DNA from: Eledone cirrhosa
Lineage: Eukaryota
Length of the DNA: 64,000 bases
Reading direction: 5' to 3'
Assembly (NCBI GenBank): GCA_964016885.1
Contig: OZ024750.1
Span: 10,106,001-10,170,000, forward strand
Position 1 is the first letter of the stretch. Every line of letters begins with the position of its first letter. The position numbers were made by a program, and so were the translations under genes. Shown one piece after another: positions 13,970 to 26,980 of this stretch. The notes under the pieces were generated by a model. It was given only the letters and a program-made list of their open reading frames with translations, was not told the DNA's origin and made no database searches.

Positions 13970-14284
13970 CTACCTCCTTTTGTTTGCTCTCCTGCATTTT
14001 GTACCTTTCCGGCCGATCTTTTTCTTCTTTCCGACCCCTGTCTTTTTTTGTCTACCCTTTGACTTTAATGATTTCTTTTTTTTCTTTCCATGTCGACTTG
14101 ATTGACGTCGTCTTGCACTGGAACGAGTCCGTTTTCGCTGACGTCCTGCAAATACACTACCATAACTTTTCACACTCGTTATACTGCGCCCTCGCTTTCC
14201 GCCATTGTCCACGCTCTGCCGGCTTAAGGATGAGCGTAGGGCTTTCCGCACCCGTGTTGGGTGTGAGTGTTCTTTAGCAATCAT
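13970..14284 (-). CDS. Putative intronless, highly basic protamine-like / sperm nuclear basic protein (104 aa)
   Basis: ATG at 14284; 21 Lys + 20 Arg + 15 Ser, only 2 acidic residues; non-repetitive, CpG-containing sequence; TATAAAA upstream and AATAAA downstream. Confidence 0.6.
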   Translation of the reverse strand: MIAKEHSHPTRVRKALRSSLSRQSVDNGGKRGRSITSVKSYGSVFAGRQRKRTRSSARRRQSSRHGKKKKKSLKSKGRQKKTGVGKKKKIGRKGTKCRRANKRR

Positions 14285-14333
14285 CCTTTTTGTGTCTGTG
14301 GTCACTCACGGCTCCCGAAAAATTGTCTCACCC

Positions 14334-14369
<36 letters not shown>

Positions 14370-14436
14370 TGCAGCGAAAGTTAGAGCAAAATTTAAAATC
14401 GGAACGACTATGAACCAACTTGCTAAAATGTCTCCT

Positions 14437-14450
14437 TTTTATACTTGACG
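14437..14450 (-). promoter_or_regulatory. TATA box (TATAAAA) with adjacent CRE half-site (CGTCA) for the basic-protein gene
   Basis: Minus strand reads CGTCAAGTATAAAAAGG about 155 nt upstream of the ATG at 14284. Confidence 0.5.
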
Positions 14451-14885
14451 GATGATACCATGTGATCGAGTGGACCTGAGCTATTATTGGTTGAAAATGA
14501 AGATCACCTTCTTGGAATGGATTATAGATATTCCCTTTTCTAGACAATGTAAACAGCCCTTAGAAACCTTTGCAAAACCTACCTACACACACACACACAC
14601 ACAATTATACATAAACATATACATGTATATATTTACACAATCACTCAAATGCACACTCATGTATGTATATGATGATGTGTGTATGTATATATATATATAT
14701 ATATATGAGTGTGTGTGTGTATGCATATATATGTATGTGTGTGTGTGACACACATACACACATATATATATATATAAAACATATATATATATATATATGT
14801 TATATATATGTGTGTGTATAAATATATATATATATATATATACATACATATATAATATACACATATAATATATATATGTGTGTGC

Positions 14886-14962
<77 letters not shown>

Positions 14963-15941
14963 CACACACATACACACACACACAACGTACAACAGATATA
15001 TGGAGGATTGAGAGAAAGAGAGAACGATGTGATGGTAGTGGGGAAGTGGGGGAAGGGATGTTTCGTTTAAAATCTACATTATTTGTCTTTCTGACGTAAT
15101 CTTTCTTATGACATCATCGAAACGATAATTTATACGTCGTGTAAGTTCACCTCCATTTTTAAAGCAAGAAAAATAAAAGGTGAAATAAGAGAGAGATTAC
15201 CAACCACTACCAAATAAATATATTAATAAATAAAACAAAATTGGAACCGTAGGCATGATTAAGACGTGTTTATATTGAATAGTACTATAATTACTATTAA
15301 ATTTAGTGTTAGATCTACTATGACCACTAATTTCAGATGAGCCCCAGAGACAGCCTCTCCATTTCTTCTGGGACCCAATATGGGTTGTTACGAAGGGACT
15401 CTTATAATTGTTCAAGATATTTAAGATGTAAACCTGCCACTGGTTATATTAGTTGAGTTAATATAAAAGGTTTGCATCAATCTCTTCTTGTAAATTCAAC
15501 AGGACTACGAATTTTAGGGAGCTTATTCGCCTCCAATTCCCTTCCGTTGCCTGTAAGTACATTATGTTCAATACAAGCACATATATATACAGACTATATA
15601 TAGAGAGAGTGTTGGGGGCATTTCTGAATTGGGGGTGTCAAATTTGGACAATTTAGTTGTAGTGATTAGTTTAGCTCTTTGCACTGTAAAATGGTAAGAA
15701 AACTTCAATATGCGAGAAACATAACATGTACATAAATTGTAGCGCATATCCAAATAGATGTGGGCTTTGGTAGTTTGGGGAGAAAATATAATTATTGGAG
15801 GAAGGGCACACCCCACCGCACCCCCAGTTCCACCGCCATGTTACATATAGAATTTAAAAAAAATTATGCTCACTGCCTTTTCCTAATGGGTTAATATATC
15901 GAGCTTCTTCGTATTTGGTAAGAAACTGGTATTATACCACA

Positions 15942-16044
<103 letters not shown>

Positions 16045-16076
16045 GTAAATGGAAGCTATCTTTATAAAACCATATT

Positions 16077-16137
16077 TATTTTATTATATATATTTCAAGG
16101 GTACCAAAATTTTGGTACGCTCTCATCGGATAAAATA
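16077..16137 (-). ncRNA. Second copy of the same hammerhead, core mutated (CCGAUGA), in an inverted-repeat element 16044-16262
   Basis: Matches 52773-52833 except U4 to C; a 5'-truncated inverted arm lies at ~16197-16262. Confidence 0.65.
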
Positions 16138-16453
16138 CAAAAGTTGGTTTACAGATAGTGACATATTCAGACAAGAACTTAATGTTGTGAGTTCTATTTG
16201 GTACCCTTGAAATATATATAATAAAATAAATATGGTTTTATAAAGATAGCTTCCATTTATTAATATTATTGATATTATACTCCAGAAGAAATTTGTTGAG
16301 TGCTTCTAAACTGTTATAAATTAAATTTGTTGAATAATCAACAAATTAAATAAGTCATTGCCTATATATATATATATATATATATTCATTTATTATGGCT
16401 ATTGGTGAGCTTTGTTACTCTAAAGTTTCACTTGCGCACTCACAGGATCACCA

Positions 16454-16498
16454 GTCTTGTCTGATGAGTACGCAGGTGAGACTCCAGAGTAACAAGGC
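16454..16498 (+). ncRNA. Minimal hammerhead ribozyme of a second family (GAAA to GAGA in this arm), within inverted repeat 16382-16519
   Basis: GUCUUGU-CUGAUGA-GUACGCAGGU-GAG-ACUCCAGAGU-A-ACAAGGC: 7-bp stem I, GUA triplet; the opposite arm retains GAAAC. Confidence 0.6.
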
Positions 16499-16984
16499 TT
16501 AGCCTTAATAAATGAATATTTAAACTCTACTTCGATATTGAAGTTTCATTCTTACGTCCGTCAATAATTCACGTACTCTCAGGTCTTGAATAATCGTCCC
16601 CACCCACTGCTTATTAATTTGTCAGAACCCCCTTCCCCGCTACGGTTTTTATTCCACCCCTACCCGCCTATTAAATTTTGCTAAACTATCTCCGGTGAAA
16701 TTTTATTGTAAGTGATTCGTATTGATACAGCAGCTGGAGAATCTAATATTAATTCTATTTTACATAAAAAAAAACGATATATTACAAAGGAAGAACATTA
16801 CAAGAAATCCTATATTTACGAACGTACAGTAATACTCCTCTAGAGAGAGATTGGGAGGGAGAGAGAGATGGAAGCGATGACTGTGGGAGTTCGAGTTCGG
16901 CTCTTCTGGGTTCGGACCTGGTGTGCAGCGTCAGTTGTCCATATGGAGGTAGTGATTCATTTACTATTATCTAGGAATAGACAT

Positions 16985-17320
16985 GTCGATTAACACCAAT
17001 CTATCCCCCTCTCTATATCTAATATACAACACACTCTCCAAACCTCCCTCTCTATATCAATTACCACCAAACTATCCCCCTCTTTATATCTAACATACAA
17101 CACTCTCTCTCATTCCCTCTCAATCTATCCATAACTACCAAACTCTCTCTCTCTCTCTATCAATTAACGCCAAACTCTAGTTCCAATCCCCTCTCTATAG
17201 CAATTAACACCAAACTCTCCCCCTCGCTATATCTACTATACGGAACTCTCTTCCAATCCCCCTCTCTATATCAATTAACACCAAACTCTCCCCCTCTCTA
17301 TATCTATCTCACCCATCTAT
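16985..17320. repeat. Degenerate pyrimidine-rich ~30-40-bp tandem repeat
   Basis: TCTATATCAATTAACACCAAACTCTCCCCC-like units. Confidence 0.75.
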
Positions 17321-18273
17321 CTCTACATAACATGTACATAAATTGTAGCGCATATACAAATAGATGTGTATTTTGGTGGTTTGGGGAGAAGAATATAATT
17401 GGGAAGGGGTGTGGGGTGGGATGAAGATGGTGTGTGTGTGGGGGGGGGGGGGGGTAATGATGATGGTTGGGGGGTGATGGTGTGGGTGGGGTGGGGGTGA
17501 TGTTTGTAGTGCTGGGGGTGGTGATGATGGTAGTGGTGGTGATGATGGTGGTGGTAGTGATGGTGGCGGTGGTGATAATGATGGTAGTAGTGGTGGTGAT
17601 GGCAGTGTTGGTAGTGGTGGTGATGTTGTTGGTAGTGGTGTTGATGTTGTTGGTAGTGGTGGTGGTGATGTTGTTGGTGGTAGTGGTGGTGGTGATGTTG
17701 TTGGTGGTAGTGGTGATGATGACGATGATGATCAAATACATTAATAGAAACATAACAGCCAAATGAAATGATGGAGAAAGTGGTTGATAGCGAAATTATT
17801 GAACAATAGAAGATATTTATTGATATCTATTGATTGATTTTCTCATCAAAATTCTCCCCTCAGCAGATGTTTCTGTTAGATTCACTGATGTCTGTCTGTT
17901 TAGAGAGAGAGGAAATGAAAATATATCTTGGTCTATTATTTTACAATAAAGATAGGATGGTCATGGCTGGAATGCCTGGATGACATAAGGCTAAACAACC
18001 TGAAAAATATTGGGACATTTATAGTTTTAAATTTTTTTACAGTTTGTTGGTCAAGAGGATATGGCAGTGTTAATGACCACCACCACAGACTGAAGAGATT
18101 GTTGCTATTAATGTCTGCTTAAAATGTTACCATTCCATTCATTTTAGAAAGATATATGTAGAAAGGGAGTTTCCAAGGGCTGATATTCTGAGGAAGGGCT
18201 GGGCATAGAGGTTAGTCTAGGGGAAAGCATGGACAACCTTTTTCTCAGTGGGCCACATAGGATGTGACTCATT

Positions 18274-18749
18274 TTAACCCTTTAGCATTTAAACCGGCCA
18301 GAATTCTCTCACCTCTTTCTGTTCAAACCAGCCTTAACTGGCCACTCCATACCGACTTACCCTTTAGCAATCAAACCGGCTACAAATGTGTCACCTCGCT
18401 CTGTTCAAACCAGTTGAAACTAGCCGCTTATACTGATGTTAAGGTATTGTTCTCAAAATAAATAACATCAAAATATCATAGATTCGATATTATGTGCGAA
18501 TTGAGGTTTTGTAGGTCTTGTAGATAAGTCACGTTAGTTTTTCACATATTTATGTGGGGAAAAAGGTGAGACATAACCCTATAGCATTTAAACCAGCTAC
18601 ATCCGGCCAGAGTTCTCTCACCTCTTTCTGTTCAAACTGGTCATAATAAATAATATCAAATTCTCATAGATTCGATATTATATGAGATAAAGCCTTTACT
18701 GTGAAAATACAACAGTAAACACAGAGTAATGTGAATGCTAAAGGGTTAA
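18274..18749. mobile_element. piggyBac-type MITE (second family), internally duplicated
   Basis: TTAA|CCCTTTAGCATT ... AATGCTAAAGGG|TTAA; internal segments repeated up to ~18870. Confidence 0.7.
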
Positions 18750-19366
18750 ACCGGCTGTATCCGTCCAGACTTCTTTCTGTTCAAACCAGCCACTCATACT
18801 GATGTTAAGGTATTGTTCTCATAGATTTGATATTATGTGAAATAATTATATGAGATAAAGCCTTTACCATGATAATATAATGGTATATATTGGTACCTCT
18901 GCAATATTGTTCAGTTCTTTCACACCACTATTGGACTTCTTTTGAATTACAGACTTTTATTAAATAAAACTGAAGTGGCATATTTTATAATTAAAAAATA
19001 ACAAATTTTGTAGTTTTGCAAAAAAATAGACTTTATTTAATCATGTGAAATTCAACTTTCAGATGTCATTTCAGAAATATATATATATAAAAAAAGATAA
19101 ACTATACAAAGTAAGAGAAAATAGAAGTTGTAGTATAAACATGAGATATATTAAGCATTAGTCTCAACAGATTCCTACATGGGAAGGAAAGCCAAGTTGA
19201 TAGGATTTACTCAAGTTAATATTGGTTTCAACAATAACAACAGAATTTTTGGAAATGATTACTGCCAGTGAGAGACTTGTACAGTATATCACCATGTTCT
19301 TCTAGGCTTCATTTAGAAGTGCCTCTTCACCTTATACACACCCCAGTAGGCATAGTCATGTAGTTG

Positions 19367-19522
19367 TTAACCCTTAAAACCAACCTGCCCAAACTGCCCC
19401 TGGCTCTATGAAACAAAATCGCTTATTTCAAAGGATTCCTATTCAAATTAAAATCTTCTAGCATAATTTTATATAACAACAATGTTAAGTTTCTATTTTA
19501 GTAATGGTAACGAAAGGGTTAA
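19367..19522. mobile_element. piggyBac-type MITE, internally deleted
   Basis: TTAA|CCCTT ... AAAGGG|TTAA; internal similarity to 48621-48860. Confidence 0.65.
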
Positions 19523-19557
19523 CAATGCCTTGTGAGTGAAATTTGGTAGACAGAAAC

Positions 19558-19587
<30 letters not shown>

Positions 19588-19593
<6 letters not shown>

Positions 19594-19655
19594 GTTGTCA
19601 AGTATGAAATTTATAGAATTGTTTTTCTACAAATTTCATACTTGACGACCCAATA
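19588..19655. repeat. 68-bp near-perfect hairpin in a TA tract
   Basis: TATTGGGTTGTCAAGTATGAAATTT ... AAATTTCATACTTGACGACCCAATA. Confidence 0.9.
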
Positions 19656-20394
19656 TACATATATATATAATCGACAGTCGATCAACTTTCGTCAAATTGG
19701 ACTGAGGAAACAATGTTTCCATTGCTCTTTCCAATTGCTAATACTATCTATCGGTTGTAACTAGATACACACATATACATAATTTTTGTTGACTTTTCCA
19801 TGATGGCATGGGTTTGATGGGACTTTTTGAAGCAATGTTTTACAGTTAGATGCCCTTCCTAATACCAACCCTTTAGTTGCTTTTTACGATACACAGCAAG
19901 AATAAGGTATACCTATTCTAAACTGTATACACACACATCATCATCATGTTCTTCCTAACACCAACCACCTTACAAAGTGGACTGGGTACTTCTGTAGTGG
20001 CACCAGCACTAGGTTGTTCAGTGTACATGGTCAGGCTGAAATGGGGTGCCACTGGGGCACTGGCATTGCAGGGGGGGGGGGGGCAATGACCACAATGCCT
20101 AGCTTTTCTTGGTGGCCTAAAAGGGATGCATTTATATACTGCTTGGGGCAAGTGGTTGGGTGGGTGGTGTCTGTCATTTTGGGAATGTGCCAGGCTTTCC
20201 TGGGTTGGAAAAGTGTTGGGGGTAAAACAAACATTTACTGATGGGTGGGGGATGGGGGTTAATTCTAGCAACAGAATAACATTTTTTATATATCTTGGAT
20301 TGACTAGGGCTCCGAGTTTTATCTTCAGTGTCCAATACAGCCATCATTCTGGAGGCAGTAGTCATCAAAGGCTAAACTCAGTCCCTGTTAATCT

Positions 20395-20735
20395 GTTGGA
20401 TGTGCAATGTGTGAGAGAAAGGCAGAACTTAGATGAATTGAGGGAGAAGCTGGGTTTACGAGGAATCCAAGGTGGTGTGCAGGGGAGAAAACTGCATTGG
20501 TTTGGACATGTGATGCACACGGACAATGACTGTTGGGTGAAGAAATACCAATGGAAGGAAGTCAGAGTAGAGGTAGACCAAGAAAGGCTTGGGCAGCGGT
20601 TGTAGAGATGACCTCAAATCACTGAGACTCGCAGAAGAGATGATAAAGGATTGCAACATTTGGAGAGATGCTCTGCTAAGAAGGACCCCTCCAACCCAAA
20701 CAAGCATGGAAAAGTGGATGTAAAAACGATGATGT
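20395..20735 (+). mobile_element. Degenerate RTE LINE 3' fragment
   Basis: ELREKLGLRGI...LHWFGHVMH and tail CAAGCATGGAAAAGTGGATGTAAAAACGATGATG. Confidence 0.75.
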
Positions 20736-20770
20736 TGATCATCATTATATTCATATATATATATATATAT

Positions 20771-21101
20771 ATCATCATTTCATTTTACGTCCGCTTTTTC
20801 CCTGCTTGCAAGGGTGGGACGGGAACCGATTTTTGGCTTGATTTCTACAGCTGGATGCCCTTCCTAACACCAACCTCATTTACAGTGAGTGCTGGGTGCT
20901 TTTTTGCCGTGGCACCTCCACGACCACTTTGCAGTGGAATATGGACCCCAGTCCCTATCATCTCATTTCTATAGCTGTGTAAACTGGAGCAATGTGAAAT
21001 AAAGTGTCTTGCTCAAGGAAACAACACATCACCCGGTCTGAGAATTGAACTCACAACCTTTCGATTGCAAGGCCAATGCTCTAACCACTAAGCCATGTGC
21101 C
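20771..21101 (-). mobile_element. tRNA-derived SINE family A, full length
   Basis: Reverse complement nearly identical to 36956-37294. Confidence 0.9.
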
Positions 21102-21226
21102 TATATATATATAAAGAGACACACCATATCCATGCATGTTTTAAGAGGTGATTAAAAAGGTTGGTGTAAAAACGATGATAATGTGTGTGAGTATATACCA
21201 ATATATATACTATAAAGGTGTGTCAC

Positions 21227-21450
21227 TTAAGGGAGGCAATTCTAAAACTTAAAATTAAACAACTTAACCGTTTGATACAATAAACACTTGGCTAATGGCT
21301 AATAAGTACTGGTGTTGATACAACTGATGAAATCCTAGCATATGGCTATAATCCAAAGACTGATACCAGTCATTAGCAATTTTATATAAAACATCTTTTT
21401 TTTTCTGCGTTCAATTTTATATGAGCATAATTGGGTTGTTAATGTTTGAT
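21227..21450 (+). mobile_element. Possible Penelope-like element 3' remnant
   Basis: LREAILKLKIKQLNRLIQ* (21227-21283) resembles the E-x-x-x-I...LN C-terminus of Penelope GIY-YIG endonucleases; followed by CTGATGA and an ACTG/CAGT-C hairpin (decayed hammerhead). Confidence 0.4.
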
Positions 21451-21879
21451 CATCTCACGGCAATCAATAGGATTGGGGGCTCGGCCCTGGTTTTGGTAGC
21501 ATGAAAAAAAAAATGAGATATTGTTATTGGGAAAGGAAGATAGTCTACTGCAGGTAACTTTCCAGGAAAACTTGTCATGTATTTATTACAGTGAGCTGAA
21601 TTGAACCAATATAGAATAGTTCTGGACAGAACTACAGGCAAACACCTACAGTAGTAGATATTGAATTCCTAATCCAGGTACTGTTAGATCAATACTTTAT
21701 ATATTGTTGGAGAATTTATTTTGTTCCTTCTATTATTGATCCCTCAACCAGGGATCAATAATAGATTATACAGCAGACAGGAGACAGTCATACAAGGTCA
21801 TATATTCCATTTTATCAAGCTTTTAAAATTTAATAAATTTTGTAAATCTTACAGACAGAATTAACAGCATGGTAGAGTA

Positions 21880-22140
21880 GATGATAACACTGGGTTATAA
21901 GCCTCTGTGTGTGTGTGATAATATCACTGGGTTATATGCCTGTGTGCGTGATAACATCACTGGGTTATATGCCTGTGTGTGTGATAACATCACTAGGTTA
22001 TATGCCTGTGTGTGATAATATCACTGGGTTATATGCCTGTGTGTGTGATAATATCACTGAGTTATATGCATGTGTGTGATAATATCACTGGGTTATATGA
22101 ATCTGTGTGTGTGATGATATCACTGGGTTATATGCTGGTA
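21880..22140. repeat. ~31-35-bp minisatellite (~8 copies)
   Basis: GATAATATCACTGGGTTATATGCCTGTGTGT unit. Confidence 0.9.
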
Positions 22141-22489
22141 TGAGAATGTGTGATGATATCAGGATGATGATTGACTAAATGGAGATAAAATGAAAGATGA
22201 TGATGATTGAATGAGGAAAATTCAAATGAATGATGTTTGTTGAATATATTCTAAAATGATAGCTCAAGGAAAACTGTTGATTCCATCCAAACATCTTCAA
22301 CTATTATTATACCCCCTTTTGAACCAATTATATTAAAATGGCAACAAACCAACAAATTATCCCTTTTGATAACAAACTGCCCTTGATTCTACAATATAAA
22401 ACTGTTTAATTTAAAGTATTTATATTTATCTAAAAACTTTGCATCATAATTTTAAGAACCTTTAAGTTATGTTCCAAACACCAAATTAA

Positions 22490-22672
22490 TAATTGTTTCT
22501 ACTTTTGGCACAAGGCCAGCAATTATCCAGTATATTACTGGTACTTTATTTTATCGACCCTGTGGGGATGAAAGGCAAAGTTAACCTCGGCGGGATTTGA
22601 ATTCAGACCATAAAGGGCTGTAACTCTTTGCTAGAAAGCATGGCGTCAGACCCTCTACCAATACTGCCAATG
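22490..22672 (-). mobile_element. SINE family B copy
   Basis: Reverse complement of family B consensus. Confidence 0.85.
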
Positions 22673-23074
22673 ACAGTCATTTTACTAAATTCCTCCAAAT
22701 TCTTGATTATTTTTCAAATTATAACACAGTGTATCTCATTAGAAATATAGCAAGGATAGGGTTAAAAGGTGTTAAATCTAAGAAATGTCTAGATGTAGGG
22801 AAAAACACCCAAGAAGGAGACTAATTATAGATTCACATGAATCTTTCCCTCATGGCAAGACATATAAATTAGTTTGTAGAATAGTTTCTCTCAAACTAAC
22901 TTTATTGATTGTTATAAACAATTGTATCAAATTGGTGCAGACTGTTAGGTAATTGGAAAATTCATGATTTTTTTTTTTATTTAAGAGGGGAGGATTGGCC
23001 AAATTAAGAATTCTTACAGAATCAGAAGATTAAAATTCTATTGTACGATAGAAAACTGTGTTGTATCGAGCAAA

Positions 23075-23260
23075 CAACGTGTGATACAGTGAGTCATGTC
23101 ATGTCACAACATGTGATAGAGGGAGTTGTGGCATGTCACATCATGTGATAGAGGGAGTCGTGGCATGTCACAAAACTGTGTTTAGAGCAAACATGTGATA
23201 GTGGGAGTCGTGGCATGCCACATGTCATAGAGCGAGTCATGGCATGCCTCATGTCATAGG
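23075..23260. repeat. ~30-bp degenerate tandem repeat
   Basis: CATGTGATAGAGGGAGTCGTGGCATGTCACA unit. Confidence 0.8.
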
Positions 23261-24097
23261 GGAAGAAATTCAAGCATGGAATGTTTTGGAATTTTTCTAG
23301 TCATTATATCCCTGAAAATAACATTACCAATTACCCTTTTCAGGGTGTCCAAGACTGATGGGAAAAAGGAAGGTATCCTCATATTGAAGACCTGGCCTGA
23401 ATGCTTGTAAAGAGTAGAATCTCCTAAAGGCAACCAAGACCCCGGTGGCAGTATTAAAACAGTTCTGTCCATAGCCAAAATTAAGCATATTCAATAGTAA
23501 TATATTTGGACCATGAAACTTTGTGGACGCCAAAAGTAAACCTGTAAAAGTATACAGTAGTTAATGGATGGTAGATTTAGATCTTTATAAGTTTCTAAAA
23601 AGTAGAAGTTTGTAGGGAACCATGAAGCTAAAACAGAAAGCATAGTGCCAAAATCTGATGGAAGCTAAAATGGAAAGTATATAAGCCAAAATCTGATGGA
23701 AGATGAAATAGATGAAATATCTAACATAAAGAATAGATTTGTGAGAATGAAATGACTGATAAAAGTTTGTATTTACAGGATGGTGGAATAGGTTTGATGA
23801 CTGAACATTTATCAGTGGATGAAACTGGTTTTAACACAACCATTTGTGTCAATCTTAAGTTAAAATGATTAGCATCACAGATGAGAGATTTCTGTGATTC
23901 TGTGAGGTTTATGTCAATTGAGTAAAAACAGTACCATGTATCGGCAAGATTTTGCTCCAGAAGCTAGATACAAATTGTATACTGGAGCAGTGATGTTAGT
24001 GGAGAGATATTTATTTTTACAATCTTTGACAGTTCACAGAATCAGCAGCTTTAGAACAGGAATTATTGTTTAATCTATTTATGCAATAATCTAGTAG

Positions 24098-24771
24098 TTA
24101 TCTCTGATTGCATTCATATAATGGTGTTACAGAAGAAAAAGGAACAGAGTATTTGTCCATCCAAGGAAGAAATTCATCTTTGCGTTTAACAATAATTGTC
24201 ATCAACATCATTGAATCAGCCTCTGCACTGTGTTGATTTACAGGGTCACTACCAATTTCTCGTCTGTAAATATCTCCCAGTTTGTATGAAAGTTTCCTCT
24301 TTTTACAAGGAGACTCTTCATCATCTAATGATGTGTCTGAATTGTTACTCTTTTCAGGGCTTGATTTTGGGGTCAGAAAAGCACTGTCACCCATACCTTT
24401 CCAAAGCCAAGTCTTTGCTTTCTCAACTCCTTTAAGTTGTGAGCTATCAAATGTTTGAGAAAGGCTTTTCGTTGGAAGTTTCTTCGGTGTGTCTGGAATC
24501 GTTTGCGGGCTCTTAGTTGGTGTGGTCATTATAGATGGTCTTCTGGTATCCAAATCCTTCACTGCCCACAGAGTATCAACACAAAGGAGATCTAGCATTA
24601 ATGTTGCTTGCACATTATGAAGTTCAGCTTGTAAGAGACCAAAATCATATCTATTACCTCCATGAGCCACCAAACAGACTGGTTTCTTTAGTCTGATTAA
24701 GAAGCAGTTAAGCAGTTGAGAAGCATTAGCATCAAAAATACTTTGGTCCTGCAATGCATCATTGAAAAGAC
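24098..24771 (-). CDS. TREX1: TREX1/TREX2-like exonuclease, coding exon 2 (spliced product 315 aa)
   Basis: Acceptor TTTTTTCAG|GT at 24772 in matching phase 1; PVCLVAHGGNRYDFGLL (ExoII), CVDTL, SYKLGDIY, HSAEADSMML (ExoIII H-x-A-x-x-D); stop at 24098; AATAAA at 24015-24010. Confidence 0.9.
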
Positions 24772-26980
24772 CTGAAAAAAAAAAAGCCATATAAATCACT
24801 ACAATCACTTTGTTTTATTTTAAAAGGTTAAGATACAAAACTAACACAACATAAAATAATGAAATACTCCAACAAAACATTTCAATCTTGTTATCAACTT
24901 TTTATCTCACTATCATCATCATCGTTTAACATTTATTTGACATGCTAGCATGGGTTAGACGAGTTGTCCCATTTGAGGCAAGCCAGGTCAGGTGACTGAT
25001 TCTTTACTTGATCAATATGTTATCTGATTGATCACATTGATCACAAAATTGACAACAGCAGGATTTGAACTCAGAACATACAGAACAATAACTAAATACA
25101 CCAAAGATTTTATTTTCCTACTCTAATAATTCTGCCAATCCACTGCTCTGATTTCTAAGATTGACACAAGCTACTAATCGTTTAATAGTCTCTTTTCCTG
25201 CTAGCAAGGGTTGGACAGGTCTACATCGCCCAAGTCAGTACTGAAATGGAGCTACTGACCTCCCTCCAAGATAGGCCAGGAGGATCTGTATTTTGCTTAG
25301 AATGGTATAGTAACCATTATCAAAACCGCACACTAAATACTTCACATAACCCTTTATATCTACAACTTCATCTAACCCTTCTTCTTCAGACTATAATATA
25401 TATATCATCATCAACATCATCGTTAAACGACGACGATGATGATGATAATAATTTATATATATATATCATTTAACATTTGTTTATATAATATAAATCATTG
25501 TTCTGTTTTCTATGTTAATATGTGTTGGATGAAACATTTTGAAGCAGTAATCTATGAATGAATATCTTTCCTGGTGACAACTGGTGTTTGTTTTTGTTTA
25601 CATTAAACCTCTGAGCTGTAAGAACATAAACAAACCTCACTGGTTGCCGAATGATTGTCAACGTAAAGGCACGTGCTGAGACAAACACACACACACACAT
25701 ATATATATAAGTGATCATAGAAATTGTACAATTCTACAGTTTACATATTGTTATGAGGATTCAATTTGGTATACCACATTCCAGTACCATGATCTAGTAT
25801 TTCAGATCATACAGAATGCTTCTCAATATATCCAAACCGATATATGATTGAGGTGACGAGAGAGAAAGAGGGGTGCTTTGCCAAACATATGTAAACTGAC
25901 CATACAGACTGACTATGTAGAATGACCACGTAGACTGACCATATAGAATGACCGTCAATCTGATGCCACTCAATAAAAGAGATCTAAAGCATGGATATTT
26001 ACAAACTGTATCATAAACAATGGAAGGTGATAGTGTTGTTATTTAGATTTACGTTAGCTCTCATTTAGCAAACCTAAGTTCAAAGACACTCCAGCCGAGG
26101 CCATTCTGTCTTGTTCCAGAAATATTACTTTTAGGTATATATTATTATCTAATGTCATTCATTCCCTTTTAAAGACAATATGGTGAGGTCTCAATGAAAC
26201 ATGACTGCCATTTCTAGCAAATAAAGCGAATACGTTGAAACTTCTTAGTTGTCTCGTACACGAGTTTGTGTTGGGTAAATATATGTACTGACACTTATTC
26301 GTCTCTGGGACTACATAGAAAGAAAAATGTCTATCTTGTTAAAATTAAAGGTACTTTCCTGGTGAAAAAGTGAAAGTGAAAAAAAAAAAAAAAAAAAAAA
26401 AAGTGAGTGTTGTTTAATTATTCATTACAAATCATAACTTTAAATAAATGACCAAATTTATTATTAAAAGGTCTTCAACGAACGTCAGTCAGTCTCACAG
26501 CAAGGACGAATGTCAAATTCAGTGAAGAAGACCTTCATTTAGAAGAAAATAAGAAATTTTATCTTCTATAATTAGTGTTAATCATTCTAAGTAATTTCTA
26601 TTAACATTTGATACATTAGTTAATGGTCAGGTTAATTATGAAAGCAATTGCCAAATATTTGGGAACACTGACAGGAATAGTGGGAACGTCACACAGCATG
26701 CTTTACCTAACTACCACTCTATGTACGAGACATTATAAAATTTTACTTTAATTTCATTATTCAAACATTCCTAACTTAATACGTCTATGGGAACCAAGTA
26801 TTTGTGTGTGTATATATTAATATTTATGTTTATTTGTATAAATGTGTGTTTGTGGATGGTTTAAAAAAAAAATATTTGTGTATATAAATAAAATGACACA
26901 TGGTTTCTCTCAGGTCATCACAACAACAACATTACGTAAACAACAACAAAGATAAAAAAAAGAAAAGTAGTAGTCCTTAC

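Noticed and set aside
23324-23541. Possible minus-strand exon with AG/GT boundaries
   Set aside because: Open frame but no recognisable protein, and it lies beyond the TREX stop and AATAAA.
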